Virus record (IMG/VR): IMGVR_UViG_3300037089_000424
Origin: a virus
Reading direction: 5' to 3' (one strand)
DNA: 64,000 bases
The translations under genes and the position numbers were made by a program. Below, piece after piece: positions 25,151 through 34,146 of this stretch. Numbering within the stretch: the stretch's first letter is position 1; every line of letters begins with the position of its first letter. The notes below the pieces were generated by a model. The model was not told where the DNA came from. It saw only the letters and a list, made by a program, of their open reading frames with translations, and ran no database searches.

Positions 25151-25797
25151 CTAGCTGTCTCAATGATTCTCTTTCCAAAATCTTTATTAGCCAATATGTA
25201 TCTTGCTCTGCTCTTGATCATGTCTATTTCTTCTCTTGGCAAATCGTCATAGACATGAGAAGAGTACAAAGCCATGTACCAAGGACTGAGGAACCTGTGC
25301 TGCGCAAAGATAATGTCATTGATTGAGAGGCCAGTGACTTCTTGAATCTGAGCAACATGATCTCTAGAGTTGATTACTCCATCCAGAACTCGTTTCTCAT
25401 TGACTTTATTTGTCCCAAGACCTTTCTTCCACTCATCCTCAGTTGTGTAATGTTTACGTTGCTTCTTCTCGAGCCAACCAAAAATCTCCATCGCTTTCTC
25501 ACTAGCCAAGAATGTCGGAGGTGGCAGATACTTTGTCTGCTTGAAATATCCGTACTCAGACATCACCTTCAAGTACAGAGTTGGTTCAATCTTCTTGAAA
25601 CACAATTCCTTAGCCAAAACCAGAAAGCTCTGTGCAGCGAACTTGCCCCTCTTAGTCTTCAGAATATCAAAACTTCTGACTGCATAGAGTTCTGGCTTCC
25701 TTTTGATGGAGAGTGTGTTATACACTCGATGCAGGATCTTGGCTGTGATCTTTTCAGCGGCTGTGAGTCTGAACCTTGGAAATCTTCTGGCCTTCAT
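25138..25797 (-). CDS. hypothetical replication-module protein
   Basis: ATG 25797 behind GAGGA; upstream of the helicase; starts MKARRFPRF. Confidence 0.7.
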   Translation of the reverse strand: MKARRFPRFRLTAAEKITAKILHRVYNTLSIKRKPELYAVRSFDILKTKRGKFAAQSFLVLAKELCFKKIEPTLYLKVMSEYGYFKQTKYLPPPTFLASEKAMEIFGWLEKKQRKHYTTEDEWKKGLGTNKVNEKRVLDGVINSRDHVAQIQEVTGLSINDIIFAQHRFLSPWYMALYSSHVYDDLPREEIDMIKSRARYILANKDFGKRIIETARTSR

Positions 25798-26057
25798 TGA
25801 TTCCTCGCCCATGCTCGATTGATCCGACGAGAGCGCTTCTGAATATCTCTTCTAGCCTTTCTTCTCATCTTGAAGAGGCGTTTACTTCTATTGACACGGT
25901 GACCATGACGAAGGCGACTTCTACGTTTCCACTCTGTGGGGCTGGCTGGGCTAACTTCTGGTTCTGGTTTCTTAGGAAATATACCTTCCATGATATCTCG
26001 AAGTAGCTCTCCGATACCACGCTTCTTCTTTTCCCGGTCTCCTCTAAGAATATTCAC
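25794..26057 (-). CDS. small Arg/Lys-rich protein
   Basis: GTG behind AGAGGTG; ATGA-type overlap with the next gene. Confidence 0.55.
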   Translation of the reverse strand: MNILRGDREKKKRGIGELLRDIMEGIFPKKPEPEVSPASPTEWKRRSRLRHGHRVNRSKRLFKMRRKARRDIQKRSRRINRAWARNQ

Positions 26058-26246
26058 CTTTTCACCTCTCTTCTACAGGATGTGTGTGCTCTAACACAAA
26101 TCGTCGTTCTTCAGACGATTTGTAGTAAAGACTTAGCAGCATATACTGACTACAAGCATATAAGTGTACTGGAGCCTCATGACACTCCTTACAGCAAAGG
26201 ACACCCGGTCATGCTAGGGCATGCTTGCGCGCGCATGGAGCCTTAC

Positions 26247-26612
26247 TTAGCCCTTAGCTAAGGGGTCCTCTCCTTCTTTTGGAGCCGGAGACCTGAGATT
26301 AATGAGCTCTGTGTAATTCTTTTCGTCATCTTCCAGGAACTTGAAGTCCTGTGCCACATAGCCAACCAATCTCATCCATGCCCCTTGATCTCTCAATAAC
26401 GGCTGCATCTTTCTCACGAGCTCCAGTTCAAAAAGCTCTCCGATGATGGTCTTTGAGATATGATTTGCGAGGACACGAGACTGTGTGGCCAGGACCTTGC
26501 TCGTGATGTCGTACTTGTTTTTCTTATGGAAATCCGAGGCTTCCATTATGGCTCTCTCAATCAGATTGTTCAGATTATGAACAGTGTAAATTAGTTTCTC
26601 TGCTTCAGACAT
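26247..26612 (-). CDS. hypothetical protein
   Basis: ATG behind AGGAGGG. Confidence 0.7.
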   Translation of the reverse strand: MSEAEKLIYTVHNLNNLIERAIMEASDFHKKNKYDITSKVLATQSRVLANHISKTIIGELFELELVRKMQPLLRDQGAWMRLVGYVAQDFKFLEDDEKNYTELINLRSPAPKEGEDPLAKG

Positions 26613-27597
26613 CGTCCCTCCTACGAATCACCTTAATTTTACAGATTTTCTCGTCCAAGAACCAACGAAATCTAGCTAAGGAATGCCTCGCTAGATAGTC
26701 ATTGTGTAAGTCCAAAAAATCAGTAATAAAGACGACGTTCTTTCCAGTGGCTTTCTTTCTCAACACACGTCCCATGCGTTGAATTGTCAATTCCCATGAA
26801 AGTCCTGCAGCGGCATTGATCCAACTATCTACGCCACCTGCAATGTCTTCGCCAACATCAAAAATCGGAGAAGCAATCAGAACAGGAAGCCTCCCTTTAA
26901 TGAAATCCTTCTTTACACACTTTCTTACATATAGCGGAGTACCCCCGAAAATAAATTCTACAGGTGCTTCCATTTTCTTTCTGAAGGCAGCCAACAATAT
27001 CCGGCCATGCTTCACTCTGCCAACAGTGATCAGAACTCTTAAGCCCTTGGCCATATAGCGAAATGCTTCTCGCAGAACTAATCTGTTCCGGGCAACATTG
27101 GTTACAATTGCTTCGCGATATGATTGCATATAATTCCCGAACACCTCGTCTGCTTTTGGTTCCACAAGACGAATAATTGGCCGTGCAGACCTCCCAAGGG
27201 CTACGAGCTCTCTATTCTTGATCCTTGCTATTACTGGACCCACCAAACTCTCGTAGAGAAGCATCTTCTCTAGATTGGATTCATCAATTGTGCCTGAAAG
27301 ACCAAATCGCATCCTGGCTGAACATCTGGATGCTATTGACTTCAGCTGTCGTCGTTTATTAACATGGATTTCATCTATTATGAGAATATCGCAAGAAGAG
27401 AGAAATCTTTTGAATTGGAAAGAAGACTCAACAAGCCTGGCTGCTGTTTGCACAGTCGCCACCAAGACTCCCTTCTCAGGGATCTTACGATTGCCACCGC
27501 CCAAATTGTGAACAGACAGACTTAGATATTTCTTGAACATGCCACAAGCCTGTACCATAAGTCCGGCCCTGTGTACAAGATAGAGGGCATTCGTCAT
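26605..27597 (-). CDS. C-terminal part of UvsW-like SF2 helicase (motifs Ia-VI)
   Basis: ALYLVHR, LVATVQT, IIDEIH, FGLSGT, DVGEDI, IQRMGRVLR; ATG 27597 overlaps the stop of the 62-aa ORF. Confidence 0.85.
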   Translation of the reverse strand: MTNALYLVHRAGLMVQACGMFKKYLSLSVHNLGGGNRKIPEKGVLVATVQTAARLVESSFQFKRFLSSCDILIIDEIHVNKRRQLKSIASRCSARMRFGLSGTIDESNLEKMLLYESLVGPVIARIKNRELVALGRSARPIIRLVEPKADEVFGNYMQSYREAIVTNVARNRLVLREAFRYMAKGLRVLITVGRVKHGRILLAAFRKKMEAPVEFIFGGTPLYVRKCVKKDFIKGRLPVLIASPIFDVGEDIAGGVDSWINAAAGLSWELTIQRMGRVLRKKATGKNVVFITDFLDLHNDYLARHSLARFRWFLDEKICKIKVIRRRDDV

Positions 27598-27782
27598 TGT
27601 AGTTGTGCACCTAATTCGATTAAATCTGAACGATGAAATAGAGAGCGCTCGCTCTTCTTCAAAGGCCACCAAAGCGCATCGAGTAAAATGTTTAGAAGCA
27701 TTCTTGTGGATCTTTGGCCCCTTGTTTTCGTAGCACATATTCTTCTATGCCACTCTGTTCTCTCGTAAACCCCAACAGGCAT
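27594..27782 (-). mobile_element. 62-aa ORF with NUMOD3-like N-terminus, probable homing-endonuclease remnant splitting the helicase
   Basis: MPVGVYERTEWHRRI resembles NUMOD3-type starts; it lies exactly between helicase motif I and motif Ia. Confidence 0.5.
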
Positions 27783-27784
27783 TG

Positions 27785-28294
27785 TTATTTTCCTTTCTGA
27801 TGGTCTACTTCAGCAATGATTCCAGCAGCAATGATCGTCTTCCCTGCGTTGGTAGCACAATGTATGATCCCAGATTTCTTTCTTAACGCAATTCTAAGTA
27901 CAGAAATCTGTTCTGGTCTGATTTCTACCTTTTCTCTGAACCGAAATCTGGCTCCTTCTTCAGACAACACCAAATGTTTCCTAAAATCGGTTACACGATA
28001 TGGGATCCGCAGAGTCTTCAAGTGTCTAACGACACGTCTAAGCAAGCCAGTGCCAAAGCTATTTCCTCTCAATTCATAGAATTTGATGTAGCCACTCTCT
28101 GCCTTGACCTTGGCAATCCTTTTGTCTCTCTCATCTGAAGAGAGATAGAAGGAGCCTACCACTTTTCGGATGATGTGCTGCATCTTCCAGTAGGCATTTT
28201 TGTCTTTCACACGAAGGCACTGGAACATGGTCTCCAGTTGTTTCTTCGGTCCGCTGAAATAAGTCCGAGATGGCCTAACTTCAAGCGATATCAC
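27785..28294 (-). CDS. N-terminal part of UvsW-like SF2 helicase (through Walker A)
   Basis: SGYIKFY...FGTGLL...IRPEQ...SGIIHCATNAGKT followed by a stop; GTG 28294 behind AAGGA. Confidence 0.8.
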   Translation of the reverse strand: MISLEVRPSRTYFSGPKKQLETMFQCLRVKDKNAYWKMQHIIRKVVGSFYLSSDERDKRIAKVKAESGYIKFYELRGNSFGTGLLRRVVRHLKTLRIPYRVTDFRKHLVLSEEGARFRFREKVEIRPEQISVLRIALRKKSGIIHCATNAGKTIIAAGIIAEVDHQKGK

Positions 28295-28865
28295 GAATGA
28301 GATCCTTACAGCGAATGTGAGTCTCGAAGTAAGACTCTGCACGCTCCTGTTCCTTTGTCTTCCCCAACCGTGGGCACCGAATCAGACGCACGAAACGCTT
28401 CGTACGCGAGAAACGAACAGCCCGCCGTGGGAACCTCTTACGATTCATATTTGCCTCCTTAATCATGCTGAGCCAGAGTTTCCCCCAGACACAAGTTGGG
28501 GGTCTGACCATCTCATATCCAGAACCATAACACGGCATGCTGTTGTCGATGTCTTTCTCGGGTCTTGACCTATTGTGTAAATAGAGCCGTCGTAAGAGGT
28601 CTGTCCGATTCCCTTCGTCTGACAGGCCACAGTTAAAACAAGCCTCTCTGAGACGATCTGTTTTGAGGGTGACCAGCCATGCCAAGAGCCTTTCAAATCT
28701 CTCACAAATCACTTGGCCAGAAGAGACTTTCAGAGGATATCTCTCCCGCAGATGGGCTAGAAGCAAGAAGTCGTCAGATCTGTCAGTATTTTTGAGTCTA
28801 GGGAATCTGAGCTTCGTGAATCTTCGGTAGATCACAGGTGAAGGTTTCGGTCGTCTCATCCGCAT
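28281..28865 (-). CDS. SAP-domain protein with two RFPR motifs
   Basis: LKTDRLREACFNCGLSDEGNRTDLLRRL matches the SAP pattern; ATG 28865 behind AGGAGG; second in-frame ATG 28448 behind AAGGAGG. Confidence 0.65.
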   Translation of the reverse strand: MRMRRPKPSPVIYRRFTKLRFPRLKNTDRSDDFLLLAHLRERYPLKVSSGQVICERFERLLAWLVTLKTDRLREACFNCGLSDEGNRTDLLRRLYLHNRSRPEKDIDNSMPCYGSGYEMVRPPTCVWGKLWLSMIKEANMNRKRFPRRAVRFSRTKRFVRLIRCPRLGKTKEQERAESYFETHIRCKDLIRDIA

Positions 28866-28888
28866 AGGTGATATCGTCCTCCTAACAC

Positions 28889-28912
28889 AATGAAACCCTC
28901 TTAAGAAGAGTT
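28889..28912 (-). promoter_or_regulatory. copy 4 of AAC-N14-TTTCATT motif
   Basis: AAC TCTTCTTAAGAGGG TTTCATT followed by GTGTTAGGAGG. Confidence 0.55.
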
Positions 28913-29113
28913 TTTCCGGAGTATTGGGGGGAGTGACGCGCCAGGAAGGCCACTGCTGCTTGGGAGAAAAATAGCTGATCTGAACGAATATACTACACAG
29001 GTCTCTGCCGAGACGAGGGTCACCATAACAGGTATGCGGGTTAACCCTGTCTTGCCCCCAGCGAGCAGCCAGAGCACGACAGGGTTCCCGCATGAGGGTC
29101 TCTACGCGATCGC

Positions 29114-29440
29114 TTAGACCGTCTTAGTCACCGGAACAGAGGGTGTCTGAATGGTAGGATAAAGGATTTTGTAGATGATCTTGATGCCCGTCCAATTTAG
29201 AGCCAGAGCCTTCAAGAAGGCATAAGCATTCATGTGCATTGAGAGGTCGCCTGTGTCAGAAGAAAACGAATATGCAAATCCGGCCGTCACAGCAGCAGAA
29301 GCGACAACGGCTGCAATCCTGTTCACCCAAGGAGTCCCTTTCGAGATCCATGCTAGAGCAGGACCCTTTGACGTCTTTGCGACCTGGACAATCTCTACGC
29401 TGACATAATTCCAAAATAACTGAATTGCGACTTGATCCAT
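29114..29440 (-). CDS. putative holin / small membrane protein
   Basis: two hydrophobic segments; last gene of the tail module. Confidence 0.45.
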   Translation of the reverse strand: MDQVAIQLFWNYVSVEIVQVAKTSKGPALAWISKGTPWVNRIAAVVASAAVTAGFAYSFSSDTGDLSMHMNAYAFLKALALNWTGIKIIYKILYPTIQTPSVPVTKTV

Positions 29441-29449
29441 AGAACCTCC

Positions 29450-31066
29450 TCAAGATTTCAAAGCATAACTCTGGATAGGGGATATCAAAGGAGTATCTTG
29501 CCCAGGAGAGATAGTGACATGAGCAGACTGAGCCGTAATTTGATCCGTAGTGGTATCCACAGAAGCTTTCCTGAGATACCAAGTGTACCAGACAGGGCTG
29601 ACAAAAACATAAGATCGATTTCCAAGAAGAGTCAGCAGAAAAGAAGGATATTCATTCACATATAAATCTGATCGACTATTCGTAAATGTCAATTCTGTGA
29701 TCGTACCTGCTACCTGCATAAAACACTTCACAGTGCCATAGACTGGATTATACGAACCATCCAATGTCACGGACAGCCACTCAAAAGATAGTTTGGTTGG
29801 AGTTCGTCCTACAACAAAAGAAGGTTTGATCAGCACTCCGCTCTGATAGAGAGCCCCGTATCCATACTCGATACTCAGAGTCCCTTGAGTTGTGAATCCA
29901 GATTCAGTGCTCTTAGTACCAATGGCAACATAGCTCAAACTCCCTACTGTATAAAGTCCAGGAGAAGAAGTCCCAGCTTGATTCATTCCAAATACAAGAG
30001 TGCTCAGTGTCTTGACAGTCTGGCTAAATATGGCGAAAGCCTCTGTCTGTGGTGCTCCTTGAATGATGATTGGGTAGGAAACGTCTCCAGAAGTACCAGT
30101 CCCTGCTTGTGGAAATTGATTTGCAAGGCTCTCCTGGAAGACAGCCAAATTGTCTGTTGCTGTGAAAAGCTTTTGGCAGACAAGGCCAAAGACATTCCCA
30201 TAGTGGCCTCCACCGACGTTTGTTATAATTGCGTAAGTCACAGACTCTGTAGTCAACCACATAGGGTTGCCATCATTATCGATTGCAAGATCTTTGAGTT
30301 GTTGGCCTTCACTAGGAGAGAATGTATCAGAGATACCAAGAAGAGAAGGATCCCGAGTAACATCTGATCTGCTAGTAATTGTTGGATAACACTGATTTGG
30401 TATCGTGTCTAATGAGGAGTAGTAAGATGCCTGCACAACGATCTCTTGGAGGAGCGTGTAGCCAGTGAGATAGAACACAGCCGTCTTGAAGGGAACCGCA
30501 CTCCCTTTCCCAAGTGTTTTGCCAATGTGGTATGTCTGCACGATGTAATTGATCTCTGGTGTCCCATCGTAGATAATCCCATCAGGATATGTGGGCTCTA
30601 TGCCAAGTACAAGATATTCTGCATTTGGGGACAATCTTACATAGGTGTCACGAATTCCTGTAGCTGCGAGTTTGCTCAGCAGATTTTCAGTATCAAGTTC
30701 AAGTAGGAATGCGCTACCCAAGTCCTGAAGAAAGACGCTGGCCACTCCCAGATTCGCGCCAGCACCTGCCATCCTCAACACCCCTCCTGTGAATAAAGGA
30801 GACTTCTCCATCACAACAAGATTTGGGGCTGGACTTGTTGGCAACACTGCGTATGAACCATTGGCCGGCATGGCCAATACCTCCTGACCAATGACAACTG
30901 GAAAAGTCGCTGTACCAAATACGATCCCCGAGTCCAACAAGACAGACACAGTGCCATCGGAATTCAGCTTAGACACATGGCCAATACGATTTCTGCCAAT
31001 CGAGTCGCCACGCACAGTCAATGTATCTAGAATATGGTTCTTGACCAAGTCTCTAATCTCACTCAT
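29450..31066 (-). CDS. tail tip / baseplate protein with N-terminal OB-fold-like segment
   Basis: GHVSKLNSDGTVSVLLDSG; beta-rich body; position in the tail module. Confidence 0.6.
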   Translation of the reverse strand: MSEIRDLVKNHILDTLTVRGDSIGRNRIGHVSKLNSDGTVSVLLDSGIVFGTATFPVVIGQEVLAMPANGSYAVLPTSPAPNLVVMEKSPLFTGGVLRMAGAGANLGVASVFLQDLGSAFLLELDTENLLSKLAATGIRDTYVRLSPNAEYLVLGIEPTYPDGIIYDGTPEINYIVQTYHIGKTLGKGSAVPFKTAVFYLTGYTLLQEIVVQASYYSSLDTIPNQCYPTITSRSDVTRDPSLLGISDTFSPSEGQQLKDLAIDNDGNPMWLTTESVTYAIITNVGGGHYGNVFGLVCQKLFTATDNLAVFQESLANQFPQAGTGTSGDVSYPIIIQGAPQTEAFAIFSQTVKTLSTLVFGMNQAGTSSPGLYTVGSLSYVAIGTKSTESGFTTQGTLSIEYGYGALYQSGVLIKPSFVVGRTPTKLSFEWLSVTLDGSYNPVYGTVKCFMQVAGTITELTFTNSRSDLYVNEYPSFLLTLLGNRSYVFVSPVWYTWYLRKASVDTTTDQITAQSAHVTISPGQDTPLISPIQSYALKS

Positions 31067-31302
31067 ACAGCGATCCTCTTCCCATCAGCAGTTACCAGTA
31101 TAACAATCTCTCCGAGGTTGCGAACCTTGGGGGTGCCACACGCAGAATAGACTGTACCATCGGATGCCTGAACATCCACGGTACCATCCGAATTGACAGC
31201 TGTAATCGCACCTTGCATATTTGGAACCTGCTTATTCACAGCAGCCTGCTCATCCAAAACTTCTTGAACGAGTTGTTTGATCAGATCTGTTAGTTCAGAC
31301 AT
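31063..31302 (-). CDS. small gpV-like OB-fold baseplate protein
   Basis: GAITAVNSDGTVDVQASDG, paralogous to the N-terminus of 29450..31066. Confidence 0.55.
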   Translation of the reverse strand: MSELTDLIKQLVQEVLDEQAAVNKQVPNMQGAITAVNSDGTVDVQASDGTVYSACGTPKVRNLGEIVILVTADGKRIAV

Positions 31303-31305
31303 AGG

Positions 31306-34101
31306 TCATATCCCCGACGGAATCACAGCATACTCGCCTTCAACTCTGCCATTGCCCAAGACTTCAGCAGAAATAGAAATCACAACACCACCACGACTCA
31401 GATTCAGAGACACAGTGTTTATGCGCCCACAATCCGAAACAGCAGCAGAAGGCACCATGAGATGGTCGCCAGGTTGAGGCAACTGCCCATGGTAGATCTG
31501 GCTCACAGAAGTCTGCATCTTAGGAGAGTTCCTCTTGGCAAACGCTGCGAGCGCTGTGTTAATGAACGAAGCAGACAGCTTCACACTATTCGACTGTGTG
31601 AAGATCTCAACTTCTGGTGGTATGGCATTTGGATTTGTAGGATCTGCTCCGGGTGCCAGAGTCTGCATTGGCACAGCCTTAGGAAACGTCCAGAGCTCCA
31701 TTGGAACGCTGTAGAAGCCAATGTCGGCCGTAGCACTCTGCCCACTTGGGGGATAAAGAACCAAAGCAGTTTTCACATCAACCTGAGTGTCTGTAAGAAT
31801 GTCCGACACGAATTCCTCGTCGGCAGAAAATCCGAACAGCCCATTCTCTATACTGCCGCCTAGAATAAGGAAAACGTTCGGCCCATCCTGATTGCCAGCT
31901 GTGACAGGGCTGGCAACAAATGTTGAAACACTCCCAAATCCGCTCTTCGCCGGCAGGTTCATGTCCTTAACCAATCGTGTAAAATAAGTTATACCCCGCA
32001 TATTTCCAGGAGTGCTTGGCGATGGAATCTCTTTCCAGTATCTTGGAACAGATGGGCTGGGGTTAGAAAGATCAGTGCTCGCCGGGTCAGGTGCCCATTC
32101 CTCATAAGAGCCTTCCACCATCCATCCATCTGGTATCGGTATGAAGTCTGTTCCTCCTGTACCAAGAGGAGATCCTGCCTGAACGGTCGTCCGAGACTGT
32201 TTCCGGGCATGCTGCTCATCGTATATGAATTGTCCACCCAGATTCATGGACAATGGGTTGAGATAGACAGGATGGTCACTTGTGTAGTCTATAGATTGAT
32301 TCAACGACACTAGATCGTCGTCGCCCACAATCCACACCTCCCCAATTCCCAAAGGCAGATACTCTCCAGCATTCACAACGTAGATCGTATTCTTATACAC
32401 GATCACGTCATTTAGGAAATTGCCAGCCAATTGTTGGATGCCCTGTAGGGATTGACCTCTGAAGTTGTAGCTTCTCATTGGTCCATCCGCGCCAAGCCAC
32501 TGTGCAGGTAACCCAAATCTAGCAGCCAGCGTCGACGCGAGTATGTCGTAGCCATATCCTATCGGAGTAGCATCATTGAGCATTGCAACGAAGGTCCTGA
32601 CTGTCGCAGCATAGGGCAGGATCGGCCCAGAGATCGTGTCAACCAACCCTCCTGTACTCGATCCTCTACCCACATTCTTAACGACAGCAAATCTGCCATT
32701 TGGTAGCGTGAGAACCGTATCCTCCGGAGGAAGGACAGTGGTGTTTCTGATCAGACTGACAGAGAAACTCCCCCCTGTAAGATTGAAGGTCGTGTTCACA
32801 GAAACACAATTATCCTCAGTGATGAATTGCTGACTTGGCAGCAAGATCTTCAATGACGGGAGAAGGATATCTTTTGTTGTCACTGACGGCCTCCCAGGAG
32901 CCTGTTCTACCCACACGTCGATGCTGTGAGATATCTCGTACCCAAAGACCAGCGCTGCATCTAAAGTATGCACCCTGGACTGAAGGTACACAATTTGAAT
33001 TACAACATCGAGTTCATGAGTGACACTTGGCTGCGCTTGTAGATAAACGTCCAATTCATGGATGACTTCCAAAGCAAATGAAAGGAGATATGCATCAAGA
33101 GAGTGACTGACACTTGTCTCTGCAAATATGTCTGCGTCCAACCTGTGTTGGCGATCAGATCCAGTTTGTAGATAGACATCCAACTCATGGCTTTCAGTCT
33201 CTTCTACAAATATGAGAGCGTCTAAATCATGACTTGGATTCTGCTCAGTCTGGACCACAACATCCAGGTCATGAGATACGTCAGACACAGCCTGAATGCT
33301 AGAGTCTAAGAAATGCACACTGGTTGCGAGAGCCAGCAACACACAATCCAAGCCATGAGAGAAAGAAGACTCTGTTTGGATGATTGCGTCTAAGTCATGG
33401 TTCGCCTCTTCTATGAATTGAAGAGTCACATCCAGATTATGGCCCTCACTAAATTCAATCTGGATGACCACATCTAAAGAATGGCTACACTCTGCAACAG
33501 TTTGTACGATAGCGTCTAGAGTGTGTGATACATCTACATTTGTGACAACGAGGATAGCATCTAGATCGTGAGTATCTGTCTGGTCAGCCTTGATTTCTAC
33601 ATCTACATCTAGAGAATGGACAGAGGTTCCTGTGGCCTGAATCGTGCAGTCAAGATTGTGTTGAGAGCTATTCAAGATTTGGATACATGCATCCAAATTG
33701 TGGCTCTCAATTGGTTGCGATTGCAGATAGCAATCCAATCCATGGGCTAAGATTGGAATTGGCTGGATATACGAATCTAGACCATGAGACTTGTCTTCGT
33801 CTAAAACTAAGGTTGCATCTAAAGCATGAAATCTATATCCAGAAGTTCGTATATCTACATCAAGCCCATGGGCCACATCTTGTGGGCCAGAGATCACGAC
33901 GTCTAGACTATGACTATCGCTAGGTGTAAGTTGGATGTAAACATCTAGACCATGAGATGTTTCATAGATCGGAGAGGTGAAAACGAGATATACATCCAAT
34001 CCATGGACTACAGAATTGACGACTAACGCAGCCTGATTTGGAGGGGCCTGGTCAAGAAGATACGTTCCTGGGACAATTCCCGAGTTGCCGTAGGCAGGCA
34101 T
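31306..34101 (-). CDS. tail protein: 26 HxLD repeats plus a baseplate-hub-like C-terminal region
   Basis: repeats counted in the translation; C-terminal region with SFSVSL and ISISAEV strands typical of hub proteins (inferred). Confidence 0.65.
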   Translation of the reverse strand: MPAYGNSGIVPGTYLLDQAPPNQAALVVNSVVHGLDVYLVFTSPIYETSHGLDVYIQLTPSDSHSLDVVISGPQDVAHGLDVDIRTSGYRFHALDATLVLDEDKSHGLDSYIQPIPILAHGLDCYLQSQPIESHNLDACIQILNSSQHNLDCTIQATGTSVHSLDVDVEIKADQTDTHDLDAILVVTNVDVSHTLDAIVQTVAECSHSLDVVIQIEFSEGHNLDVTLQFIEEANHDLDAIIQTESSFSHGLDCVLLALATSVHFLDSSIQAVSDVSHDLDVVVQTEQNPSHDLDALIFVEETESHELDVYLQTGSDRQHRLDADIFAETSVSHSLDAYLLSFALEVIHELDVYLQAQPSVTHELDVVIQIVYLQSRVHTLDAALVFGYEISHSIDVWVEQAPGRPSVTTKDILLPSLKILLPSQQFITEDNCVSVNTTFNLTGGSFSVSLIRNTTVLPPEDTVLTLPNGRFAVVKNVGRGSSTGGLVDTISGPILPYAATVRTFVAMLNDATPIGYGYDILASTLAARFGLPAQWLGADGPMRSYNFRGQSLQGIQQLAGNFLNDVIVYKNTIYVVNAGEYLPLGIGEVWIVGDDDLVSLNQSIDYTSDHPVYLNPLSMNLGGQFIYDEQHARKQSRTTVQAGSPLGTGGTDFIPIPDGWMVEGSYEEWAPDPASTDLSNPSPSVPRYWKEIPSPSTPGNMRGITYFTRLVKDMNLPAKSGFGSVSTFVASPVTAGNQDGPNVFLILGGSIENGLFGFSADEEFVSDILTDTQVDVKTALVLYPPSGQSATADIGFYSVPMELWTFPKAVPMQTLAPGADPTNPNAIPPEVEIFTQSNSVKLSASFINTALAAFAKRNSPKMQTSVSQIYHGQLPQPGDHLMVPSAAVSDCGRINTVSLNLSRGGVVISISAEVLGNGRVEGEYAVIPSGI
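32915..34010 (-). repeat. 26 protein repeats, ~14-aa period, consensus (S/T)-H-x-L-D-(V/A/C)-x-(I/L)
   Basis: degenerate at DNA level, strict His-x-Leu/Ile-Asp at protein level. Confidence 0.9.
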
Positions 34102-34146
34102 TTTTCATCTCGCTGACCATTTTAGAAATCGCTCTGTACCATTCCC

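Noticed and set aside
26060-26245. Intergenic hairpin (26096-26105/26114-26123), a near-palindrome and a 15-codon ORF; possible replication origin
   Set aside because: No iterons or clear AT-rich unwinding element, so the evidence is too weak for a call
26895-26910. GGATTTCATT resembling the promoter motif
   Set aside because: Inside helicase coding sequence, lacks the upstream AAC, and no gene start follows
27690-27790. T4 gene-60-like ribosomal bypass via matching AAA codons in the split helicase
   Set aside because: It would insert ~30 non-homologous residues; the ATGA-coupled restart at 27597 is simpler
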